64,000 bases of DNA from Eledone cirrhosa (Eukaryota), in NCBI GenBank assembly GCA_964016885.1, contig OZ024740.1, positions 428,606,001 to 428,670,000 of the forward strand, written 5' to 3'. This document shows, piece after piece, positions 13,491 to 25,244 of this stretch. Position numbers and translations under genes: made by a program. The notes under the pieces are model-generated. The model did not search any database. It saw only the letters and a program-made list of their open reading frames with translations, and was not told the DNA's origin. The first letter of the stretch is position 1; the number at the start of each line of letters is the position of its first letter.

Positions 13491-14294
13491 TAAGATTTTC
13501 ATAAATTTGGCAATTTAAAATTAATGTTATCAGACATTCTCTTAAGGATGTCTTGTATTGGGAGTAATTAAACTTATGTGAAGGCTAAGAGTACATTTCA
13601 CTAAGGAAGCCTTATATAACCGAAGTGTCTCCGGGGTTTTACTTGTACATTCCAAAGATTAAACTCTCTTCTCATCTAATTTATAGTCAATTTGGATTTA
13701 TAAGTTATTCCCCTTGCTTCTTGTCACAATAGGTAGTGATGTTTCTCTCCAATTTTAATTGATTGAAAATGTTTTGGGGGCTCACTGTAATAGCTTAGTT
13801 GACCCCACTTGACTAAATATTCTTTATGTTGGAGTTATCTCTGGGAATATTTCCTGCGACATACTGCCGATCTATCTGTCATTCAAGACGTCACCATTGT
13901 TGTCTTCTGAAAGACTAAGCTAAAGTGCAATGAACAAAGAATATAAAGATATGGTATAAATCTTAACAAGAAGCCCCCCAGCTTCAACAACTTGTTTACC
14001 GTCACGTCTTACATTCAGTACCACTAGCTTGACTGTTGTCATAATTCAATGTTGACAATCTCTAGGAAATGATCGGAAGCTTGAAAGATACATCCTTTTA
14101 ATGGCGGATATCTGTTAGAAAAAGAAGGGAGAATCGACAAATCTCGTCTAATTTATCCATTTATTTATAGCCACTCAAAAAGCCACTTGACAACTATATT
14201 ACAACGTATACATAATAATATATAGCTTAAAACACGATTTGTCTGTTTAAAAACTATGAAAAATATATTTTCTATCCCCTCCACTCTCTCATAC

Positions 14295-14346
<52 letters not shown>

Positions 14347-14505
14347 TCTCTCTCTCTTTCGCACGCCCCCTCTTTCTTTCCCCCGACACTCTCTCTGTAT
14401 ATATTCGTATATAGGGTACAGATTTTCTGTCAAACATTTTATATTGATAACACGAATACATCACGCCTGTGTACACACATACACACACATACACACACGC
14501 ACACC

Positions 14506-14595
<90 letters not shown>

Positions 14596-14647
14596 TACGC
14601 ACATACACACATACACACATACACATACATATATAATGTATATATAT

Positions 14648-14695
<48 letters not shown>

Positions 14696-14698
14696 TAT

Positions 14699-14742
<44 letters not shown>

Positions 14743-14744
<2 letters not shown>

Positions 14745-14934
14745 ACGAAGGAAATGTGGTAAGGAACCAGGTGGACCATAACGCACCAAAGTACTCAATA
14801 CTTAGGGTAGTAGAGTGGGTAATAGGAACAAGTAAGACCCCGACGGCTGAGCTCAAGCCGTTTCGACGGCTAATTCTGTACAGAATTAGCCGTCGAAACG
14901 GCTTGAGCTCAGCCGTCGGGGTCTTACTTGTTCC

Positions 14935-14939
<5 letters not shown>
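14743..14939. mobile_element. Family A Penelope-like fold-back: perfect palindrome plus ~75-bp unpaired tail, between (TA)n
   Basis: 14820-14939 is a perfect palindrome centred on CTGTACAG; each arm carries the hammerhead 3' half GAAA-cggc-ttgagctca-gccg-TC-gggg. Confidence 0.7.
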
Positions 14940-14968
<29 letters not shown>

Positions 14969-16246
14969 CTTATCTCTCTCCGCCTTTCTCTCACAAACTC
15001 TGTCTCTCATGTTTCTCTTTAATCTCCATCTTTCTCTAACTTAAACACAAGATGTCAATACGAAAGTTCAAAAATCAAGCAGCGAGATAGAGTCCTGTTT
15101 CATTTGACAACAATGATTTGTCTAGTTTTGAATAATGAAACAGATCTTTTCATTCACAATAAGCATGTTCTATTAAAGAAAATCACACTTATATTTTGTT
15201 ACAAACTATCAGATTTTGATGGTGAAAATGCAAATATGTTTGCATTATATTCAAGAATGTAACATGTGAAATGATAATGTCGTTGTTTAGTATCCGGGTC
15301 AACTCTCAGCTGATATATTATGAAAGTCTATAACTGTGACCATACTATATTTGTATACTAGGTCTCCCTTATCCAATGTGTCCATTTTTCTAGAAGGTGG
15401 ATCAGCATTTCAGAGGCTTCCTTGTCGGCTCAATGTACTGTGGCGAACACGGAAGGTCAATAACTTTTCTGACATACAAGATCTGAATATATTATATAAC
15501 CAAATAGAAAGATTATATGAGGATTTATTGGTGATAAATATGAGAAAGAAAGATAAAAGCAAAATTAAGTAATGAGAAAATCGGGAAGATGTAAAGAAGG
15601 GCAGATCTAGATATATGGGAAAGTAGAGGAAAGGACTATGAAAGCCATAAATGGGAGGACTGGAGGGAAAAATAGGGACTCTACGGCCACAGAAGAAAGG
15701 GAGGGGAGGGGAGGAGAGAGTGTGATGGGCTCTGGGCCTAGGGTGCGGTGGTGCTGGGACTGCACCCCGTGTACAAGACCGCAAATGCATTTTTGCAGAC
15801 AATGGCCAGCGACCCCCGCTTCAAGAGCCACCTCGTCTCACAGGGCTCCTTGTGCAGACAGGCCGCTGGGTGGGGATTACAGTCATTTCTGTCTCAAGAC
15901 GGGGTTTTTAACAACAGAAGATTCACGTATACACAGCTATTGATTTTCAGAAATGGTAGAACGTCAAATAACCTTGTTTCATGTAGTTACATACTTTTTA
16001 CGTTTTGTGTTAAAATCTACCCAAACTTCTTTTGTTTTGCTCTTTCTTACCGTGGCTGATGCAATAAACATTACACAAAATACTGCAATCGATATAATTA
16101 ACCAAAACGTCATGATAGTAATCTACTGTTTGAAATCAGTAAAATAAATTAAATAAAAGTTGCTGTTTGTGAAAACGAAGTACGTAACATTTATCAGTGA
16201 ATCACGAAACCTTTTCCGGATTTCCGTAGTTCTTAATGAATGCAGA

Positions 16247-16405
16247 AGACGGCGAATTAGCTGAGTTGTTAGAACGTCAGGTAGAATGTTTGGCGGTATT
16301 TGTTGCCGCTTTCTGCTCTCTCAGTTCATATCCCACCGAGGTCAACTTTGCCTTTCATCCTTTCGGGGTCGATACAAAAAACCTGTCTAGTACTGGTATC
16401 GATTC
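16247..16405 (+). mobile_element. tRNA-derived SINE
   Basis: GGCGAATTAGCTGAG head; CCGAGGTCAACTTTGCCTTTCATCCTTTCGGGGTCGAT core. Confidence 0.75.
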
Positions 16406-17199
16406 TTCCTTTAAATCCCTTTCTCACTTCATCTCATCTTTCTCTAGAAAAAATCCGCTGTGTTTAAACCTGGAGGGGGTATGGGCTCCACCAGGTTTAA
16501 AATACCCCAGAAATACCATATGAGACTACAGCTCCGCTACAAGCCCATCATGATTTACGGAAAGGACAGAATGTATGCAGAACAAAACGTAGACAGCAGA
16601 CTATCTTCCAGTTCAATGCAAATCTTATTAATATAAAATATATCTACATAGGCGACTATAGCCAGTTAGTTACATGTCTCACAATTTTCAGCTATTGACG
16701 TCACACTATTTCGTTCCATACTGCAGTATTGTTTATTCTTCCTCTGGCACCAGTCTGTCTCGAGAGATAATGGACTCTACAGAACTGGTCAGAAAAAGTG
16801 GCAACAAAATTGTTTCGGCATTGTGCAAGTCTAGGCTGGGAGTTTGGAGGTACTTAGCTACCCAGATACTAGAATTCCCATCTCATCATAACTTGTGCAG
16901 TCCAAAGAAAAGCAGAGAATTTGTTTGGCATTAGTTTAGCTGCAGTTGTTGTCATAATAGTGGCGAGTCTAACAACAGAACGATTTAGAGGCTTCAATGT
17001 TAAATCTCTAGATGTTTTATCACAAGATATTCCTTCGTCCTTGAACCACCTTTGGCTATATTTTATAAGAAACCAAAACAGTCACGTTAGCTACTGCTGC
17101 CATATCAAATGATGTAGAGGATTGGGTCCAACGTTCTAACAACTCTGCTAATTCACCTCTCTGTGCTGGAACTAGAAGGACGAAATACCAAGTTCATCA

Positions 17200-17570
17200 A
17201 AGCGAGAGGAAAGTTGATTAAATTGATCCCAGTGCGTTACTGGTACTCTATTCTATCGTCCCTAAAGGATGGAAGGCAAAGCTAACCTCAGCGTGATTTA
17301 AAATCAGAATGTAAAGGGCCGTAATTATATGCCGCAAAGCATGTCGCCAGACACTCTACCGATGCTGGCAATCCACTGCCTTTATGTCTTTTATAATAGT
17401 GGGTTGTTTTCAAAGTCCTTAGAGCGTAGATCACAATTCTTTGTGGTGTTTAGTTGTTTTACTTTACTTTACATTCTGAGTTTCAATCAGGATGAAATTG
17501 ACATTGCTTTTCACCCTTCCGGAATCGATTAAATGAAATACCAGTCAAGTACAGAAATCGATACAACCGA
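17200..17570. mobile_element. Two SINE copies in opposite orientation
   Basis: Minus copy ~17200-17380 and plus copy ~17400-17570 of the same SINE core. Confidence 0.65.
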
Positions 17571-18039
17571 ATAGGAATTTGTTAGTTCATTAAAACGGTG
17601 GAAATCAATGTTATTTCCTTTAGATCGAAACTTCCCATTATTTCTCTTTATTTTTCTGTATGTCGTTATTTTTAGCGTCGAGTCAAAATGGCGGTATCTA
17701 TGTTGTCACCCTTTCAGAAATCATAGGAAAATCTCCATCATATCACGCATTAACAACTTAGAAAAAAGTAAAGCATATTGTTAATGTAGGTCTAGGTTGA
17801 TTATGTGTGGAAAACATGTGGCGGGATTATCATGACTAGGGTGAGGGTTGAAGAAGAATTACACTACAACAGAAGTCCCAACAACTCACCTTCACATCTA
17901 TTGTGAGATACTTTAGTGCTATTGTGTACCAGTAAATCAATATATACATAAATATTAGGTCTGAACACAATGGAATCAAATGTCCCATTGTCACTGGCTC
18001 CGCCTCTCTCGCTCTTCTCATCTCTCACTATTATAAACA

Positions 18040-18240
18040 AATGGGGATCTACGTGCTGGCCTCCCCTGACCCCAGGAGACAGAATAGAGAAAGCCTTTCC
18101 CCGGAGGATGGTAAGGGAGCGGCGTTGGAAGAGCCATTCCAGCACGTGAGGCTCACACCTGTGGGTAGCCAACTCGGATGGTGGTTAGTAGGGGGGGGGG
18201 GGTCGACGTAGGGCCAAGGACACCTGAAGTCTCCACTGCA
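18040..18240 (-). mobile_element. CRE-type LINE 3' fragment
   Basis: Translates to RCEPHVLEWLFQRRSLTILRGKAFSILS, homologous to the ORF at 37511-38038. Confidence 0.65.
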
Positions 18241-18950
18241 ACGTTGTTGTTTAGTTCCAAATTAATTGAATCGACTGATGGTCAAAGGCGTCCCAGCCAG
18301 GACCATCGCATATAGCTATGACAACATTGTTTAATCTGTCCTTCCTTTTCTTTAGAATATGACATAGTGAATTTAAGAATAATTGTCTGTTATTTTAGCA
18401 GATCGAGCATCAGTGTAAGGCTCCCAACTCCATCCGATTGAAAGTCAGTTTTTATGACACTCAACTGATTCCCATTTACCGTTGTTAACGAGGTTGCCAT
18501 CTCTTTTAAGCCACACCCACAAAACCCACAACACCCACTTTGGCTCGCTTTTTATTTATTTACTTATCTAGTTGTGCTAAGCACTGGTTCTACTCTAGTT
18601 ATTCCTCCATTCTCCCTTATTTTACTTTCTCTCTCTCACCTCTCTTAGCTCTCTCTATCTATCTATCTCACCTCTCTCTCCCACTCCTCTCTCTCTCTCT
18701 CACCTCTCTTAGCTCGCTCTCACTCTCTCACTTCTCTCTCTCTCACCTCTCTCACCTCTCTTACCTCTCTCACCTCTCTCTATCTCTCTCTCACCTCTCT
18801 CTCTCCCTCACCTCTCTCTCTCTCTCACCTCTCTCTATCTATCTCTCTCTCTCGCCTCTCTCTATCTCTCTCTCTCTCTAACTCTCTCTCTCACCACTCT
18901 CTATCTATCTCTCTCACCTTTCTCTATCCCTCTCTCTCTATCCCTCTCTC

Positions 18951-18992
<42 letters not shown>

Positions 18993-19102
18993 TCTCTCAC
19001 ATCTCTCACCTCTCTATCTCCCTCCCTCCCTCACGTTTTCTTTCTCCTTTTTTAAGGGGAGTTTAGACAAAAAATGTCGTCAGAAAAAAACACTAACAAA
19101 GA

Positions 19103-19144
<42 letters not shown>

Positions 19145-20127
19145 ATACAAGAAAGCCTCCCATAAACTTTGAAAGATGGCGAAGAATAAAGAAAAGAATG
19201 TGAGAAAAAAAGTAAAAATGATAGAAAGATTATTAAAAGTTGAGAGAGCGTATATGAATGAAAGAAATTCAGTAAAACATTATTTAAAGACTAACCCCCT
19301 CTCCTTGCTCACCCTCTCTCCTTGCCCACCCCCCTGGGACGTTTGACACGTATCTGTTGATGTTGGAATCAGTTTTAGCAAAAACTCTTGTCTTGAAATT
19401 CGATTATTTTTCCCTTCCGTTGCCTCTTGGTGAACTATTTTAACACCAACACCACCACAACAACAACAGTAGCACCACAACAACAACACCACCACAACAA
19501 TAACAGTAACATCACAACACCACCAACACCACCACCTCCACAACAGTAACACCACCACCACAACAACAGTAACACCACCACCACAACAACAGTAACACCA
19601 CCACAACAACAACAGTAACACCACAACAACAACACCACAACAACCACACCACTACCACCACCACAACAACAACAATCCCACCAGAACAACACCAACAAGA
19701 ACAACAACACAACAACGACACCACCACCAACAACAATCAGCACCACTATCACCCCTTAACGTTACCAACACTACCATAAGACTATTTTCTTCTTCTTCTT
19801 CTTCTTCTTCTTCTTCGTACTCTCACGACACTGTTCCAACAGACATGTGACCAAACGTGCTCCAACCATGACCATCACGACCCTTTTCAGACATTACTTA
19901 TGTCAGACTACGTTAGCCAATGTAACCTAGTCATGGTTTTACAGGGAGATTTGGTTTGTTTTCTACCAGGTGAAATATAGCCATCATGATCATCGTCATC
20001 TCCACCCTATAGCCATCATCATCATCATCATCTCAACCCCTATCTTAATTTTGCGGCCATTCTTGATATTGTTGTTGTTCTAGTTCCGGTGTCTGTTATT
20101 AACAATCGCCTGTACTTTATCTGGGGT

Positions 20128-20195
<68 letters not shown>

Positions 20196-20820
20196 GAAAT
20201 AGAGAGAGAGAGACAGACAGAGAGAGAGGGGAAAGAAAGAGAGAGAGACAGACAGACAGAGAAAGAAGAAAGAAAGAGAGAGACAGACAGACATAGAGGG
20301 GGCGCTACTATGTGGTCGCTCGATCTACTAGAAATAATAACCACATCTCTCTGACTTCATACAACTTTATCGTGTTAAAAGAAGGAACGATACAGAGAAG
20401 CTATCTTAAACATGTCAGAATATACGAATGATGTTTCCATGGTGTGTCTGCTTGAGTAGAGTTGGCCTGTGGCTAAACTACAATAACTTTTATTGTTTTT
20501 TGCTATAAAAACTTATTGTTCTATGGTGAAGTCATACAAAGTCACACAAATTACCAATTCCCTCTAACTGAAGAACTCAGGTATGTTTCTTAACAACGGT
20601 TCCTATTCAGCAATACAACAAATGTTATTGTGGGTTGTTTTTTAACTCAATTTTTGGCTTAATCCAAGCCATTGCAACAAACCATTGCTAACACTTTCGA
20701 AATGGCCTTAACAAAAGAATTTCGTTCCTGGGAAAACATATTTACTGGTTTATCTAGACACACCATATGTATGGATATTTGAAGACTTTAGCGGTGTATA
20801 TATATCTATCTATCTATCTA

Positions 20821-21075
20821 AAGCGGGTAACATTCCCGAGATCCCGAGATCCACGGACGAGTTCTCTCCAGCGGTCTCTGTCCTTCATTATCTCTGCCAT
20901 GTCCTACGTCTCCAATAGACCAGTGTCTGTCCTTAGGGCATCAACTTATGTTAACCTCGGTCGTCCTCTTCCAGTGTGTCCATGCAGGGGCTCCCACGGG
21001 AGCACTGAGTGCAGTGTTAACTCTGGATGTCGGTGAGCATGTCCAGCTAACCTCAGACTCCTTTGTGTCACTTTC
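20821..21075 (-). mobile_element. RTE-clade LINE 3' fragment
   Basis: Minus strand gives LRLAGHAHRHPE...WEPLHGHTGRGRPRLT followed by MKDRDRWR, typical of the RTE C-terminus; followed by (TAGA)n. Confidence 0.75.
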
Positions 21076-21591
21076 GTGTACATGTGTGTGCGCGCGCGCG
21101 CGTGTGTGTGTGCAAAAGGCAAACATAAATGACAAGGTAAACGACGTGTATATATATATATATATACACACGTCGTTTGCCTTGTCATTATCTCTATATA
21201 TATATAGAGAAATATATATATAGATATTAGAAGGAGTTTTTTACAAGGTAAAAAAAGCTCGACGCAATGATTGTAACAAAATAGTTGTGAACAAATCGGA
21301 TATTTTGAACCGGGAGAATGTGAATAATCGCTTGCATTGATATACACCGCTATTATGAATCGTGCTGTGTTAGTGCTACTACTGACGGATAATAGCTAGT
21401 CAAGCCCGCACAACATGCAAAGGACCATCTCTGTTAAGGTTTACGTATGAGCAGATTTTGCTTCAGTACCGAAGAAATAAATGTCACTAAAAATGGATAA
21501 AAATACTGAAACGTTAGTTACGGAAGTAACTCTGATATGATTTCAGCTTAATATCTATTTATTATACATAACCATATTGTATATCCTTTTC

Positions 21592-21641
<50 letters not shown>

Positions 21642-21682
21642 AAATAAATAAGTCAAATAATTACAAGGTGTCGATAAACAAC

Positions 21683-21726
<44 letters not shown>

Positions 21727-22501
21727 ATTGTGCATCTGCTGTGGTGTCAAAAACAAACGCGCATGACCGCACAGATAAACAATGGACTATGCCACGTGGC
21801 TTGAACCTGTAAGTGAATTGAAGGTTCTGTAACTCTGATACACTGATTATTTATTATTAAGATGTATAAACTGGACATAACTATTATCATCTTATATTCT
21901 GTCAACTAATCACACTTGATCATATTTCTCTATCCCGTTTTCTCCCCCCATAATTATAATATTTTTATTTTTATTTGAAAAAATCGGTTTTTTTTACATT
22001 GTTTTCCCCTCCAAATATTCGCTTATATTTCTTTATATATTCTCTCTATATTTTTTTACATATATATCTTTTTATCTTTATTATTTCCACTTTTATCCTC
22101 CTTTATAATTTACCTTATTCTTACTTTTATACCTTATTATAGTGTAATCTTCCCCATGCCTTATTATACACTATTAATTATAGATTATTATTATTACTCT
22201 TTTTCCATTTCTAATTACCTCATGTACTTTCTCCTCCGCTATATATATATATATTGTACGCCCTTTGTGTTTGTGTAGCCTATGCGCACCCTCTGCACCA
22301 TACTATCGACGCCACCCCATCTATGGTTCAGCTAACCACTCGACTCCCGGGAATGAATATGACCGCAGCTAGTAAACAAGGACCCACACCCACCCTCCCG
22401 CACCAAAATTAGACTTATCGTCCCCTACTTTTGCTCTTTACTCTCTTTACTCTTTGTTCTTGAATATTTGGTTGGTAGAGTCCATAACACCAATCAAACC
22501 C

Positions 22502-22597
<96 letters not shown>

Positions 22598-22632
22598 TGT
22601 AAAAGATGCAGCATATGTACAAATTTTATTAT

Positions 22633-22721
22633 GCATATTACAATTGTTTCGATATCGATCAGCTCAGGATACAATCAAGGTGACGGGGCCCGACTCTTTT
22701 TCGACATCTCATCAGATATGC
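22633..22721 (-). ncRNA. Type I hammerhead ribozyme with extended stem II
   Basis: Minus strand: gcatat-CTGATGA-gatgtcga-[insert]-tcgatatc-GAAA-caattg-TA-atatgc; palindromic stem III ACAATTGT. Confidence 0.85.
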
Positions 22722-22885
22722 GAGCTTATATGTGCAAAGACACTTCTATTCATTAACATATATATATAGTTGTTGTATGGTTACAATAAATACGTCCGTA
22801 GGCGGTATGCCGTTTAAGCACTTGATGCTCACGCAGAGCAGAGTATATAACGAAGAATCAGTGATGCATCAAAACACAATTTATT

Positions 22886-22979
22886 AACATATTACATATG
22901 TTTCTGCGACGATCAGCTCAAGGCAGGATCTATTACAGATCGAACCTGACTCTGCATTCGCAAGGTCCTCAGATATGTT
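22886..22979 (-). ncRNA. Type I hammerhead ribozyme (left arm), extended stem II
   Basis: aacatat-CTGAGGA-...tgcga...tcgca-GAAA-catatg-TA-atatgtt on the minus strand. Confidence 0.75.
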
Positions 22980-23107
22980 TAGCGTTTTCAAAGCATTTCA
23001 TCCGATTGAAATCATTGATCCGTTCCATCGTCAACAATTGACACCCACTGTTTGGCGATGGAACGTATCGAATGATTTCAATCGGAAGAAATGCCTTGAA
23101 AACGATA

Positions 23108-23201
23108 AACATATCTGATGACCTTGCGAATGCATAGTCAGGTTCCATCTGTATTAGATCCTGCCTTGAGCTGATCGCCGCAGAAACATATGTAATATGT
23201 T
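23108..23201 (+). ncRNA. Type I hammerhead ribozyme (right arm), extended stem II
   Basis: aacatat-CTGATGA (23115)-...tgcg...cgca-GAAA (23183)-catatg-TA-atatgtt. Confidence 0.78.
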
Positions 23202-23241
23202 AATAAATTGTGTTTTGATGCATCACTGATTCCTCGTTATC

Positions 23242-23293
<52 letters not shown>

Positions 23294-23671
23294 ACATGGT
23301 CGAGGTGTTAAATTGAATCAAAAGCTTCTCGGACTCATATATATATAATCAAATGTATAAAAGGAAAAATTACCTTTCAAAACAATTTTAATTCCTTAAA
23401 AATGTTTCAAGAGAGTTTTACATCAGATTATTCGAAAAATATTTGGTGGAATATCATAATCGAGATCTATATGAGCACAATGATACGAGGTATCAATTAT
23501 ATGCTATCATATATAGTTCTCTATATAGATTAGAACTTTGTATATATGGTTTTACCTTTGCCATATATATTTATAATGTGTAAATTCCCGAGTGTGTGTG
23601 CATTTATATTCGAGGTTACCCGGCGTGGCTCGGGAAGAGGAAGAAAAAATTTACAATTTAATTATACACAC

Positions 23672-23706
<35 letters not shown>

Positions 23707-23736
23707 AACAAATATATATATGAATGCATATATATA

Positions 23737-23920
23737 GCTGTCTCGGTGGCCTAGTGGTAGTTATTAGAGATGGTGAGATGCTGGTCTGGGGTTCAATCCT
23801 GGTCTGGAGATTTGATCCTACCGGGGAGATACATGAAGGGTGTCCTGGAAATCTTTTACAAGGGCGGTGCCCCAACATGGCCTCAGCCGGATGGCTGGAA
23901 GAGATAAAAGACTAAAAGAG
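23737..23920 (+). mobile_element. tRNA-derived SINE, second type
   Basis: A-box-like TGGCCTAGTGG, B-box-like GGTTCAATCC; 3' GGCGGTGCCCCAACATGGCC...TAAAAGA tail. Confidence 0.6.
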
Positions 23921-23988
23921 TAATATATACATATATATATTATAAAATAACAGGAGGCTGGACTGGTGCAATTCCTTAAAGGTTCATT

Positions 23989-24046
23989 ATACTATGAACA
24001 TTTCAATGACTGGGTTCAGTATGAATCCGGTGACATCATCAGGTAT
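23989..24046 (-). ncRNA. Type I hammerhead ribozyme, U.U/G.U stem II variant
   Basis: atac-CTGATGA-tgtca-ccggattca tac tgaacccag-tcatt-GAAA-tgttca-TA-gtat on the minus strand. Confidence 0.7.
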
Positions 24047-24215
24047 TCCAAATTTAACAAAGGAACATAATAGACACAATCCATGGGACTGAAAAGGCAG
24101 AGAGACAAGAAGGCGGCCACACATTTAGCAGTTTCTAGTCGGGTCGGCCGCCTTAAATTTCTATCCAGTGGTGAACCAACAAACCTAAATGTATATATAA
24201 ATATATATATCTATA

Positions 24216-24250
<35 letters not shown>

Positions 24251-24377
24251 GTATATATAATGGGAATACTTGATGTAGTGAACAAAAGCAGTTTAATTAA
24301 CTCGAGTTAAATATTGGTGTAATTCAAATGAACTTGAATGTCTTCGTTTGGTACATCGAATACTTTAGTGTCCAGTT

Positions 24378-24413
<36 letters not shown>

Positions 24414-24433
24414 GGAGGGATAGAAAGATTGAT

Positions 24434-24825
24434 AAATTTCTTTATTAGTCACAAGGGCACAAAAGAAGGGGACAAATACAAATGGGGAGTTTACATACAG
24501 GTATATGAAAATAAAACTATTAATAAAATAACAAATAACAATTGATATCCCCAATAGGGGGGAGGTGTTACACAGAGGTTGTACACACCCCCAAAAAATA
24601 TACAACCCTCATCTCCAGGAGCACCAAGAGTGAGTACTCCCTTCCTCTTTTTCCTCAACCTACAGGCTTATATAGAGAAAGGCCCAACCACTCGGGCCAT
24701 CTTTGCCACATTCACCCACCTTTTATAAAATTTGCTGGGGTGCAGCACCTCTCTCTCCATCCTGATTCTTCTTCCAAAATGATATTTGAAAAAACGAATC
24801 AGTTGCTGGCCGGAGAGAAGGGTGT
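24434..24825 (-). mobile_element. Tx1-type LINE, 5'-truncated copy A
   Basis: ORF2 C-terminus (...KVARVVGPFSI) plus 3' UTR homologous to other copies; GATA-like repeats at both junctions. Confidence 0.85.
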
Positions 24826-24855
24826 ATAGAAAGATAGATAGAGAGATAGATACAT

Positions 24856-24978
<123 letters not shown>

Positions 24979-25244
24979 GAGAGCGAGAGAAAGAGAGGTA
25001 GATAGATGGATAAATTTCTATTTATTTGCCACGAGGGCACAAAAGAAGGGGACATTTACACAGTGGGGGAGTTTACATAAATCGAGTAAAGAAAAAAGGA
25101 ATAACAATAATAATATAACAATAAAAAGTCCTCAAAAGGGAGGGGGCGTGTTGGGGATTGCACATACCCCCGAAAAGTGTGCAACTCTTTTCGCGGGGGA
25201 AGCCCAGAGAGGAGGCGCTCCCCCTTTCCTCTTCACTTCTTCAC

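Larger units (their letters stand above)
22760..23240. mobile_element. (TA)n-flanked Penelope-like fold-back element with ~190-bp arms
   Basis: Arms ~22847-23036 and ~23049-23240, short spacer, unpaired tail 22768-22846; one hammerhead in each arm. Confidence 0.75.

Noticed and set aside
13500-14160. Possible decayed Penelope-like coding region on the minus strand
   Set aside because: Only faint motif hints, with many stops; not supportable by eye.
15610-15910. GC-rich segment resembling the 3' end of another L1/Tx1 element
   Set aside because: No diagnostic motif and no second copy in the window.
16674-17112. Two short ORFs with a hydrophobic stretch as a host membrane-protein exon
   Set aside because: No recognisable motif or clear splice sites.
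19335-19440. piggyBac-like peptide (ISRQEFLLKL) on the minus strand
   Set aside because: Too short to distinguish from chance.
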